Virus record (IMG/VR): IMGVR_UViG_3300044852_000015
Span: 1-64,000 of that record
Reading direction: 5' to 3' (one strand)
DNA from: a virus
Taxonomy: Duplodnaviria; Caudoviricetes
DNA: 64,000 bases
The first letter of the stretch is position 1. Each line of letters opens with the position of its first letter. This document shows, piece by piece, positions 10,162 through 18,961 of this stretch. Made by a program: the position numbers and the translations under genes. The notes below the pieces were generated by a model, which had not been told where the DNA came from, did no database searches, and saw nothing but the letters and a program-made list of their open reading frames with translations.

Positions 10162-11787
10162 ATGGGCAACATTATCCTCAAGTACCCAGAAGACCCTACT
10201 GGTGTAAACCCGAACAACCTGGTCATCAACGAACCTCATGACTTGGGACCTGCTCGTAACCGAGCATTCGTTCCTAACTACGGCTCTTACTTCACAGAGT
10301 CGATGATTGTTACTGAGGCGGCGACCGGTCGGGTGCTCACCAAGGGTGTTCACTACATCGCGGCACAATTGCAACAAGATGCCACACTGGCGATGGACAA
10401 AGAGATTTGTGCTGTTGTCGTGGTGATTGATCCTGACGTACAGGACTCACTACTGTTCACATACCAAGTTGTTGGTGGTGTGTTCAGTACCTCGGTCGCA
10501 GCCTTGTCGAAGATGATCGAAGACCTCGACATCGACGAACGTGCGGTCGAATGGGGTGCTGTTATTGGTATCCCTTCAGCGTTCCCACCTGCTCCTCACT
10601 TACACGACATCGGTGACCTTTACGGTTTCGAATACCTCGTGGAAGCGTTGGATGCACTGCGTAACGCAATCCTGATCGGTGACGAGGCAGCTCACGATGA
10701 ACTGCGCCAGTACATCAATTACCAGGACGGCCTGATCCAAGCGGACTTGACTGATCTTCGTGGCGACTTCGAAGCACACGAGAACAACAAGACCAACCCA
10801 CACGCGGTAACTCAAACGCAAGTAGGTTTGGGTCTGGTACAAAACTACGCGATTGCTACGACTGCTGAAGCGCAGGCCGGTACTGTTAACAACAAGTACA
10901 TGACCCCGCTCCTGACGTCTCAAGCGATCACGCAGTTGGCGTTGATCCCGCTGAACACGCACATCGCGGACAAGACGAACCCCCACCAAACGACTAAAGC
11001 ACAGGTCGGTCTGTCACTGGTAGAAAACTACCAACCAGCCACCCAAGCCGAAGCCGAGGCAGGGACTCGTACCGATCGCTATCTGACCCCGTTGACGACT
11101 AAGCAAGCCATTACCTTACAGGCCGTGGTTCCGCTGAACACACACATCAACGATCAGACGAACCCGCACAACACTACCAAAGCTCAAGTCGGCTTGGCTA
11201 GCGTACAGGATTACGGCATTGCAATCCAGACTGAAGCTGAAGCCGGTACCTCGAACCTGAAGTACATGACTCCGCTGCGGACTGCGAACGCGATTGCGAT
11301 CCAAGCGTTGGTGCCACTCAACGCCCACATCAACAACATCAACAACCCTCATGCAACTACCAAGGCGCAAGTGGGTTTAGGTTTGGTTGATAACTTCGCC
11401 ACTGCCACTACGGCAGAAGCGCAAGCGGGTGCAGTGTCGACCAAGTTCATGACGCCTCTGTTGACAGCGCAAGCAATTGCAGCTCAAGCGGGCGCTGCGT
11501 TGAATGCTCACATCGCCAACCAGAGTAACCCTCACGGGGTTACGAAGACACAAGTTGGGCTGGGTAACTTACCGAACGCGATCACGAACTCTCGTGGTAC
11601 GAACTCGGATGCTTACTTGCTGACGGCGAAGGGGATGTACGACCACGTTAACTCTGGTGACTTCGACTGGCGTTACGCTCCAAAGAACGCGGCAGGTTAC
11701 GATTGCTCTGTTCACTGGAACGGTGAGGGTGTTTACATCTGGGGTGGCGGTACGTGGCGTAAGGTCTGGCCTGCACAGTGGACTTGA
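10162..11787 (+). CDS. Tail fibre protein with five NPH repeats (paralogue of 4467-6746)
   Basis: Same N-terminal YPEDPTG..N...NE.H module, five NPH repeats and a short C-terminus ending WRKVWPAQWT. Confidence 0.8.
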   Translation: MGNIILKYPEDPTGVNPNNLVINEPHDLGPARNRAFVPNYGSYFTESMIVTEAATGRVLTKGVHYIAAQLQQDATLAMDKEICAVVVVIDPDVQDSLLFTYQVVGGVFSTSVAALSKMIEDLDIDERAVEWGAVIGIPSAFPPAPHLHDIGDLYGFEYLVEALDALRNAILIGDEAAHDELRQYINYQDGLIQADLTDLRGDFEAHENNKTNPHAVTQTQVGLGLVQNYAIATTAEAQAGTVNNKYMTPLLTSQAITQLALIPLNTHIADKTNPHQTTKAQVGLSLVENYQPATQAEAEAGTRTDRYLTPLTTKQAITLQAVVPLNTHINDQTNPHNTTKAQVGLASVQDYGIAIQTEAEAGTSNLKYMTPLRTANAIAIQALVPLNAHINNINNPHATTKAQVGLGLVDNFATATTAEAQAGAVSTKFMTPLLTAQAIAAQAGAALNAHIANQSNPHGVTKTQVGLGNLPNAITNSRGTNSDAYLLTAKGMYDHVNSGDFDWRYAPKNAAGYDCSVHWNGEGVYIWGGGTWRKVWPAQWT

Positions 11788-11797
11788 TGTAAAACGT

Positions 11798-11831
11798 CAT
11801 AGAGCCTCCCTTCGGGGAGGCTTTTATGCCC
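11798..11831 (+). terminator. Intrinsic terminator after the fibre operon
   Basis: AGCCTCCC-TTCG-GGGAGGCT followed by TTTATGCC (cUUCGg tetraloop). Confidence 0.85.
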
Positions 11832-11883
11832 GGATAATAAATTACAGTACCTCTTAATCCTATAACTACCAAGAGGACTTGTC

Positions 11884-12411
11884 ATGAGTTCAGTTACACA
11901 CAACGTGTTGCCTATTAATACTTTCCCGCAGTTGTCTCGGGAGTCGTTACAGGTAGACCGCATCCTCGCAAGCACTTACGCTTACGAACAAAACCTTGTA
12001 GTGGCGATTGGTACTCCAGACGGGTCTCAGATTCTCCACAGTCCTCAGCAGTACGCTCAAGACTTCAGTTTCTGTAGCACCAAGATCGAACGCATGGAGC
12101 ACCTGTCACTGACCATCGCTAACATCTGTTACTCCATCCGCGCCAGTCAACACCACGTTGGGCCAATCACCGCCCACTTATTCATAGCCCCAGAGACGGG
12201 CCTTAGTTTTAAAGAACACACCGATCCTGATGACGTGTTGTTATATATGGTCGAAGGTCGTAAGTTGTTCGTAGTCGCCGGTCGAGAGATCTGGTTGGAA
12301 ACTGGGGAGTCTCTATTTATTCCTGCCAACACATTGCACCAAGCATTCGTTGACGGTTACTCACTGATGCTCAGCATTGGTTTGGAATCGTGGATCGAGG
12401 AGAAGCTATGA
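11884..12411 (+). CDS. JmjC/cupin 2OG-Fe(II) oxygenase (ROX/YcfD-like core)
   Basis: SFKEHTD (HxD), VEGRK, LETGESLFIPANTLHQA (distal His) and LSIG give the typical JmjC facial-triad layout. Confidence 0.75.
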   Translation: MSSVTHNVLPINTFPQLSRESLQVDRILASTYAYEQNLVVAIGTPDGSQILHSPQQYAQDFSFCSTKIERMEHLSLTIANICYSIRASQHHVGPITAHLFIAPETGLSFKEHTDPDDVLLYMVEGRKLFVVAGREIWLETGESLFIPANTLHQAFVDGYSLMLSIGLESWIEEKL

Positions 12412-13445
12412 CGCCACCCAAAATTATCTACGTCAAGACTACGGGGACTTGTAACCTTGATTGCCAACATTGTTTTACCGGTGGGAAAAATGGTGACCGT
12501 ACGCAATTCGACCCTGATGTCGCTGCGGCGTGGATCAAAGAGTTTATCGCCAAGTATCCACCCGACACCCACACTCATCTCGAGTTGCACGGTGGGGAAC
12601 CTTTTATGGTCCCACTACCGAAGCTCCAACAGTTCACGCACCACTTCCAAGGTTTTGAGAACGTCAGCATCTGTGCGAATTCGAACCTGACCTTCCGCAT
12701 CACTCCTGCGATCTTGGACTTCATTAAAGTCGACCTAGACTCGCAGATTGGTACCAGTTGGGATCACTGGATTCGCTGGCCTACTCCCGAGAAGTACGAG
12801 CTGTGGCGTAGCAACTTGGAACTGCTCAGAGCCGAAGGTGTTCACATCGGTCTCAAGGTTTCCGTGAGTCGTCAGTTGATCGACAGTTCACCGCGTTGGT
12901 TCTTGGATCAGATGGATGCTCTAGCGGTGGACACCATCGCTTTGGAACGCATTACGGCTGGGGGGAGTTCGGTAATTAATATGAATGTCTTCCCAGACAA
13001 CGAAGCTCAAGACAACTGGTATTTGGAGTTGTTGAAGCTATACCAACAAGGGAACCACCGCTGCAAGATCAGTACGTTAGACACCCTCCTAGACAAGATC
13101 CGTTTAGGGATGGTGAAAGTCGATACCAACTGTCGCAACTGCGAACAGCATTTGGTGACGATGAACTCAGACGGCACACTCGGTGGCTGTCCTAACGTAG
13201 CCTCTGAACGCAACTACGCCAATGTTCACCAACCTGTAGACGAGTTTCTGTACTCGGAAGATCGCCTCACGGAGATTACTAAAGAGTTGGACTTTGGGGA
13301 TTGTGTTCACTGTGACGTATTTGATCTTTGTGGGGGTGACTGTCATCAATTAGCTTGGCAAGGGAAACGTTGTGGGGGACTGAAGAACACCCTGCGGTAT
13401 ATCTCTGGCCGAGACACTCAATCCAATTTAATACTGAAGGTGTAG
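12408..13445 (+). CDS. Radical SAM/SPASM-domain protein 1
   Basis: CNLDCQHC (CX3CX2C), HGGEP, and a SPASM-type C...GxLGGC...CVHCDVFDLCGGDC...C segment. Start moved to ATG 12408 (ATGA overlap). Confidence 0.9.
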   Translation: MTPPKIIYVKTTGTCNLDCQHCFTGGKNGDRTQFDPDVAAAWIKEFIAKYPPDTHTHLELHGGEPFMVPLPKLQQFTHHFQGFENVSICANSNLTFRITPAILDFIKVDLDSQIGTSWDHWIRWPTPEKYELWRSNLELLRAEGVHIGLKVSVSRQLIDSSPRWFLDQMDALAVDTIALERITAGGSSVINMNVFPDNEAQDNWYLELLKLYQQGNHRCKISTLDTLLDKIRLGMVKVDTNCRNCEQHLVTMNSDGTLGGCPNVASERNYANVHQPVDEFLYSEDRLTEITKELDFGDCVHCDVFDLCGGDCHQLAWQGKRCGGLKNTLRYISGRDTQSNLILKV

Positions 13446-13448
13446 GGT

Positions 13449-13961
13449 ATGGGTAACGCAAGTACGGCTGATGTGATTAACTCATTCAACGCCATTATCA
13501 AAGCCAACGGTAACTCTGGTATTTCGTGGGGGAACAATAACTACCCCTACTCAGCAGACACCGCCGGGTTCTTTTGGGGACCTAACTGGGGTATCGCCGC
13601 GCAACCTGATCCAGCGTCTCTGGGGTCTGGCTATCAAGCCAGTGCTTCGGTGATTCGTAACACCCTGATGTCTTATGCTCGCAACTATGCGTACATTCGG
13701 ATGGTTCAGGTATTGGTCTATCGTTCTGGCGATAACGCACTGTTGTATAACGGTACGGCCTTGGGTTACTCCAGAGACCCTGTGTACATTCCCGATGCAG
13801 TAGCGGGTGCTACCGACCGTGGTTATCCGATCTCCTTGGGTGAAGTCAACAACTACCTGTGGCGGATCTGGCAGAACTACGCTGCTGCTCGTGCGGCAAC
13901 AATCCAATACGTTGCTTGGGTTTGCCACTCCAACTGCCACATTAACCGCTCCCGTCGCTAA
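13449..13961 (+). CDS. Gly/Asn/Tyr/Trp-rich protein with C-terminal CHSNCHINRSRR; candidate substrate of the cluster
   Basis: 170-aa ORF 3 nt after rSAM 1. Its only two Cys and two His lie in the terminal motif. The function is inferred. Confidence 0.7.
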   Translation: MGNASTADVINSFNAIIKANGNSGISWGNNNYPYSADTAGFFWGPNWGIAAQPDPASLGSGYQASASVIRNTLMSYARNYAYIRMVQVLVYRSGDNALLYNGTALGYSRDPVYIPDAVAGATDRGYPISLGEVNNYLWRIWQNYAAARAATIQYVAWVCHSNCHINRSRR

Positions 13962-13971
13962 GGCTCCCGTG

Positions 13972-14685
13972 ATGTCACAAACCCTCGTTGAAACCATTGC
14001 TCCGTTCTCTCCTGACCTGATTCGTCGTAACTTTACCGAACAGGGTTTAGTCTACGTCGTGGACTACGGTAACAGTCGGATCAAAGGTAAAGTGTTCCTG
14101 ACTTACCTCAGTAACCTCGACCTGCGTTACCACGTTCGCATTCGAAACGTTGAAGAAGCTTGTGAACTCCTGCAAGCGTACTTGACCTTGCCGATGCTGG
14201 TGAAAGTCCCTGAGTTGGAAGACACGGTGGTTGAAGTGTTGGCTGCGGCCAAAGGTTTGCCTCACAACCTGACTTTCGACCCAAGTGAGTTCATCGCTGC
14301 GAACCGTGAGATCATCGACCATTGGAATTCGGTAGTCGATTCGTTGGCGCTGTACGCTCTGTTCTGTCATGGTGAGGAACAGCACAAAGAGTTCATTGAA
14401 AGTCATGAAGTCGATGACACCAGTGATCCAGTGGGTAGTAACTTCGTCCACCTGTGCACTCACCCAAAGCTACCGTTGTTGATCAACCCGTGTCCTGAAC
14501 AACCAGTGAAGTTCTACTCCAAGTACTTCACGACCAACATGTTCCGTGGTCAGAACCTTTTCCACTTCTGGGGTAAAGCTGAAAACATGCTCTACGTCAG
14601 CTATGTGGCGATGGTAGAAGACCCGGCAGGTTTCCAACAATCCCACGATGCCCTTCAAGCGGCAGTACTGGAAAAGCATTCATAG
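13972..14685 (+). CDS. Hypothetical protein in the rSAM cluster
   Basis: Start moved to MSQTLVET, 10 nt after the previous stop. No recognisable motif. Confidence 0.7.
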   Translation: MSQTLVETIAPFSPDLIRRNFTEQGLVYVVDYGNSRIKGKVFLTYLSNLDLRYHVRIRNVEEACELLQAYLTLPMLVKVPELEDTVVEVLAAAKGLPHNLTFDPSEFIAANREIIDHWNSVVDSLALYALFCHGEEQHKEFIESHEVDDTSDPVGSNFVHLCTHPKLPLLINPCPEQPVKFYSKYFTTNMFRGQNLFHFWGKAENMLYVSYVAMVEDPAGFQQSHDALQAAVLEKHS

Positions 14686-14694
14686 GGGTACCGT

Positions 14695-15750
14695 ATGTTT
14701 CACTTAGTTGGTAAAGTTTTTCTTAAGCTGGAGACCGAACCTTACACCACACAACCACGTGCGGTGATCTCCAGTGAAGGTGTCTTCCCTATGGAAGTCA
14801 ACCTCGAAACCGTGTACCCGGACAAGCTCCGTATGAAGGCAGATCACGTCAGTGACATCTACCCTCATCGCATCATCGAGCTGATGGACGAAGCGGTGAA
14901 GCCGGAATGGCCTAAAGGGTTCACGATCTATTGCTGCCCTGAGTCGTACCGTACCTTGGCTGCGGCGTGGTACAAGGCACTGTTCCCGAACATCAGCCTG
15001 GAACTGTTCCTGATGCTGTTCAAAACTCAGTCGATCAAAGACGAGTTTTGTCCGATCGACTTCGACAGTCGTGGGGGTATCCAGAACGCTGCTGAGATCA
15101 TCACTGAAACGCAAGCCATCGAACTCTACGATACTGTGGAAGTTTCTTTGGAACTGCGTGACTGGATCAAAGCTCGTTACGCGGACCTGTCTGAAGAGTA
15201 CCTGTTGCTCAGCTACTTGAAGTACGGTAACTACCGTCCGTTCTTGCGCACGGCTAAACAGGTGGCCAACAAAACCATCCGTACGTTGATCAATGATGCC
15301 AAATACATCATGGCCGTTCATGCCCACACCCACCCTGCGTGTGAACGTGAAGCAATGGCGATCTTGCCGTCGGGTTGGGACCACGACCTACCTCGTGTTG
15401 GACCACAGTGTGCGACCAGTCGCTTCAAGTCCAAGACGACTCAACCGGTCGACATGACTGACCGCTGCCCGATCAAGTTCACTCGTGACCTGCGCATGTG
15501 GTTGGGTGAAGTGTTGGGCTACCGTGATGACGTCGTGGAACGTTATATGTCCCTGTTGCCTCTGACCGAATGGTTCGGCGTCCGTGCACAAGAAGTGGAT
15601 CTCACGGTGTTCTTGGAATACCTGCGCTCACCGTACTCCAACACCCAGCACTTCGTTAGCAGCAGCAAGCTCACTGCTAACATCCCGATGATCCACCGCT
15701 TCCTCGACATGTCCGATGCCCAATTGGCCACGATCGAATTCATCCATTAA
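14695..15750 (+). CDS. Hypothetical protein in the rSAM cluster
   Basis: 351-aa ORF with RBS AGGGG and tight operon spacing. Confidence 0.7.
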   Translation: MFHLVGKVFLKLETEPYTTQPRAVISSEGVFPMEVNLETVYPDKLRMKADHVSDIYPHRIIELMDEAVKPEWPKGFTIYCCPESYRTLAAAWYKALFPNISLELFLMLFKTQSIKDEFCPIDFDSRGGIQNAAEIITETQAIELYDTVEVSLELRDWIKARYADLSEEYLLLSYLKYGNYRPFLRTAKQVANKTIRTLINDAKYIMAVHAHTHPACEREAMAILPSGWDHDLPRVGPQCATSRFKSKTTQPVDMTDRCPIKFTRDLRMWLGEVLGYRDDVVERYMSLLPLTEWFGVRAQEVDLTVFLEYLRSPYSNTQHFVSSSKLTANIPMIHRFLDMSDAQLATIEFIH

Positions 15751-15764
15751 GTAAGGCCCTCCTG

Positions 15765-16772
15765 ATGACACAACTGATTCCGTTAAAGAACATCCTGACT
15801 CAGAAACGCGGTCCGGGTAAAGAAGTTCTGTTGATTCTGTTTGAGCGTTGTAATCTAACGTGTTCGTTTTGTCATCAGGACCACCAGTCTACCCTCGGGA
15901 TGGAAGACATCTATCGCAAAGCTGACGACTTGATTGCCAGCTACGACGGTAGCTCTGACTGGGTGGTGAACCTGACCGGTGGTGAGTTGTTCATGGACGA
16001 ACACCCTGACCACGTGTTTGGTCAGTACCTGATGTTGGTGCGTCGAATCAAAGCCGCTGTACCGACTGCGAAGTTCTGCTTCATCACCAACTTTGTGTTC
16101 ACCCGTGTGGCTTGGGTAGAGCGACTGTTGCGGATGTTGCGCTATGACAAAATTGAAGTAACCCTCGGGACTTCTTACGATCCTTGTGGTCGTTTTAACG
16201 CCGAGAACAAAGAGACGTTCTTCCGTAACTTGCAATACTTTAAGGAAGACGTCCAAACCATTTCCATGGTGCTGACCCGACAGAACATCAACTGGTTCTT
16301 GAAAGGTTCCACTGACGAGGTGTTTGACTACATCTACGACACTCACGGGATCTACTTTGACCAGTACACTCCGGGAGACGGCTACCGTCAGCATCAACCG
16401 ACTGATCGTGAACTTGCTGACCTGTACATCGAGATCAATCGACGCTATCCCAAGGTCGAACCTCTGCGCAGTTGGCGTGAGCAGTCCGTTAACGTGTCTA
16501 CCTGCCGTTCTACGGTTGTAGTGACACCAACGTCGCAAGTAACGACTTGTAGGTCGCTGGTGGGCTCTAACGCAGTCCTAGACGAAGCGCAGGGGGAGTT
16601 GATCAAACTCAAAGCTGAGGAGACTTTCCTCGAGCGTTACAACTGTTTGGAATGTGAGCACTACCAACGTTGTGGCTTGCGCTGTTTCCTCCACAGTGAA
16701 TTCCTCGAACCTTCACAGGACGAGTGTCACTTCAAAAGAATGTTCGACCAAATCCTGACCAAAGGTGCGTAA
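15765..16772 (+). CDS. Radical SAM protein 2 with C-terminal Cys cluster
   Basis: CNLTCSFC, TGGEL, and C-terminal CLECEHYQRCGLRC...C. Confidence 0.88.
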   Translation: MTQLIPLKNILTQKRGPGKEVLLILFERCNLTCSFCHQDHQSTLGMEDIYRKADDLIASYDGSSDWVVNLTGGELFMDEHPDHVFGQYLMLVRRIKAAVPTAKFCFITNFVFTRVAWVERLLRMLRYDKIEVTLGTSYDPCGRFNAENKETFFRNLQYFKEDVQTISMVLTRQNINWFLKGSTDEVFDYIYDTHGIYFDQYTPGDGYRQHQPTDRELADLYIEINRRYPKVEPLRSWREQSVNVSTCRSTVVVTPTSQVTTCRSLVGSNAVLDEAQGELIKLKAEETFLERYNCLECEHYQRCGLRCFLHSEFLEPSQDECHFKRMFDQILTKGA

Positions 16773-17860
16773 TGGATCTCATCGTTAAACCCACGCTGGC
16801 TTGCAACTACAAGTGTACGTTCTGCTCCAGCACCACCAATCCTGAGGGTGCTAAAGTCGTACTCGATCTGGACATGGTGAGACGGTTTATCGTTCGCTAC
16901 CCAGAGACTCAGGTGATCATCATTAATGGTGGCGATCCCCTGATGGTGGAACCACAGTACTACTGGGACCTGATTGCGATACTGGATGACCTCAAGTCTC
17001 CGGCTAAGCTGTCGTTCACCAGTAACCTGTGGGCCTATTACAAGAAGCCTTCGATGTGGGTGGAGTTGTTTAACCATCCACGAGTTGGTGTAGGGACTTC
17101 GTTTCAATACGGCGATGCTCGGTTGAAGGGCGACTTGAAGCCTTTCACTGAGGACGAGTTCTGGGCGATCTCTGACATGTTCCTCCGGGACGTTGGGGAA
17201 CGCTTGGACTTCATTGCGGTGATTGACCAGTCAAACGCAGACACCGTTATTCGGACCGTAGAGTTAGCTCGTGACATGAACGTCGTGGCGAAGATCAACC
17301 CTGCGTTCAGTTCAGGTGAGCAAGTGGTGTCTCGGGGTATCACCATGGGGAATGCGGGTTCCGCTTTTCTGCTGGCTGACATCTACGCCAAGTACGTAGA
17401 GATCCATGAAGCAGGACTAACTGAATGGGAATACAACACCACTCAGTTGACTCACCGTTTAAGAGACGGTCGGACTTCGTGTCCACAGAACCGAGAGTGT
17501 GACTCAGGTATCCGTAACTTGGAACCGAATGGTCAGTACAACTCCTGTGGTAGTTTCGGGGATGACAAACTCTATTTGATTGACTTTGAGTCAGAGATGG
17601 CTGGTGGTTTCAGTCGTCCACTTCAAGTCCCTGAGTTACTGTCCATGAAAGACAGTTGCTTCAGTTGTCCGATGTTTGCTATCTGCAACGGTTGCCGTAA
17701 AACCATCCACGATCACAAGTCGTTAGGGATGGTGGAGTCACACTGTCGCAAGATGAAAACCCTCGCCCCCAAGATCATTGCAATGAATGGCTTGACTGGT
17801 GTGTTGGAACCTACTCCGTACGTCGATGAGTCTGTCTCGGACCTAATCTTTAAAGGATGA
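16772..17860 (+). CDS. Radical SAM/SPASM-domain protein 3
   Basis: CNYKCTFC, NGGDP, and CPQNREC...SC...CFSCPMFAICNGC...C. Start at the TAATG overlap (16772). Confidence 0.9.
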   Translation: MDLIVKPTLACNYKCTFCSSTTNPEGAKVVLDLDMVRRFIVRYPETQVIIINGGDPLMVEPQYYWDLIAILDDLKSPAKLSFTSNLWAYYKKPSMWVELFNHPRVGVGTSFQYGDARLKGDLKPFTEDEFWAISDMFLRDVGERLDFIAVIDQSNADTVIRTVELARDMNVVAKINPAFSSGEQVVSRGITMGNAGSAFLLADIYAKYVEIHEAGLTEWEYNTTQLTHRLRDGRTSCPQNRECDSGIRNLEPNGQYNSCGSFGDDKLYLIDFESEMAGGFSRPLQVPELLSMKDSCFSCPMFAICNGCRKTIHDHKSLGMVESHCRKMKTLAPKIIAMNGLTGVLEPTPYVDESVSDLIFKG

Positions 17861-17863
17861 GCT

Positions 17864-18961
17864 ATGAACAGTTACACGAACTTCAATCCAAACACAGCGT
17901 TCGATTTGATCTTGGAAATCACGCAAGGGTGTAAGCACAGTTGCACCGGGTGTTTGGTAGACACCAATGGAAGTTTGTGGCCTTCTGAAGACGACTTCGG
18001 AAAGCTCCGTGGTTTGGTGACTGACATGGTGGCCAACGGAATGCGTCCTAGTGTGTTGACGCTAGGGCCTACCGACATCCTGTCTGCGGGTAATCTGGTA
18101 GAGTGTTTCACCGACCCGCACATCAAAGCCATGGCTGACTCTTTTGAAGAGTTGGAGATAGGTTGTACGTTCCTCTCCACTGGGGAGCAGGGTTATCGTC
18201 ACTTGGCACAATTGGTGGATCACCTGATGCCGGGTAAGACGGTGAACTTCAACGTTCCGTTCGAGATCAACCACCTCGGGAATGAGAAATACATTCAAGG
18301 GATCAAGAAACGCATTGCACAGTTTGCGGGTTACTTGCAATCTGCTCGGTTGGGTGAAGTCCAGTGTCAAGCCCAGTTCGATGTCGGTGCCTCTGACGTC
18401 CCACAAGACCTCATAGAGCTGTTTGCCGCCGCTAAGCTGACACACATCCACGATGAACAAGCCGCTGTGTTTACGTTACCTCACGGGCGTCGTGACCTTA
18501 ATGAGTTAATGAACCGCAGCAACTTCATTCGCTCAGCGCAGATCCTCGCCGACTACCAGATCGGTACGGTGGGTGTCCCCGAGGATGAAGACCGCCAGAT
18601 CATGGAGTTGATGTACCGTAATGGGAAACTCTATTACCGTCCTTTCCTCGTGACTGAGATCGTGGTACTGGACCGTGCCTTTGAAGTCCGTGGTCCGTGG
18701 TTGTTCAATCAGATGGTGGCGTTCAAACAAGCTCGGATGATCGGTGGCTTTGAAGACGCCATGAAACACCCTCTCTGTAACAGTTGCCCTCAGATGGGTC
18801 AGTGTGGTGAACGCGGTATTCATCAGTTACAGAAACTTATTAACTTCGACGGTTGCTTAACCGCTCTGCGCAAGGTATCGGAAAATGTCCCTAGTACAGG
18901 ATCACGCTCGGCACTTCGACCTACAGCTCGACTTAACCATCGGGTGTCGGAATCGCTGTAA
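17864..18961 (+). CDS. Atypical radical SAM-like protein 4
   Basis: CKHSCTGC, with GPTD in place of the GGE motif, and C-terminal CNSCPQMGQC...C. Confidence 0.75.
   Translation: MNSYTNFNPNTAFDLILEITQGCKHSCTGCLVDTNGSLWPSEDDFGKLRGLVTDMVANGMRPSVLTLGPTDILSAGNLVECFTDPHIKAMADSFEELEIGCTFLSTGEQGYRHLAQLVDHLMPGKTVNFNVPFEINHLGNEKYIQGIKKRIAQFAGYLQSARLGEVQCQAQFDVGASDVPQDLIELFAAAKLTHIHDEQAAVFTLPHGRRDLNELMNRSNFIRSAQILADYQIGTVGVPEDEDRQIMELMYRNGKLYYRPFLVTEIVVLDRAFEVRGPWLFNQMVAFKQARMIGGFEDAMKHPLCNSCPQMGQCGERGIHQLQKLINFDGCLTALRKVSENVPSTGSRSALRPTARLNHRVSESL

Noticed and set aside
5000-11570. CRISPR array or DGR template/variable repeat pair
   Set aside because: The repeats are in-frame protein repeats with synonymous divergence. 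There is no spacer structure, no adenine-specific mismatch pattern and no reverse transcriptase in the window.
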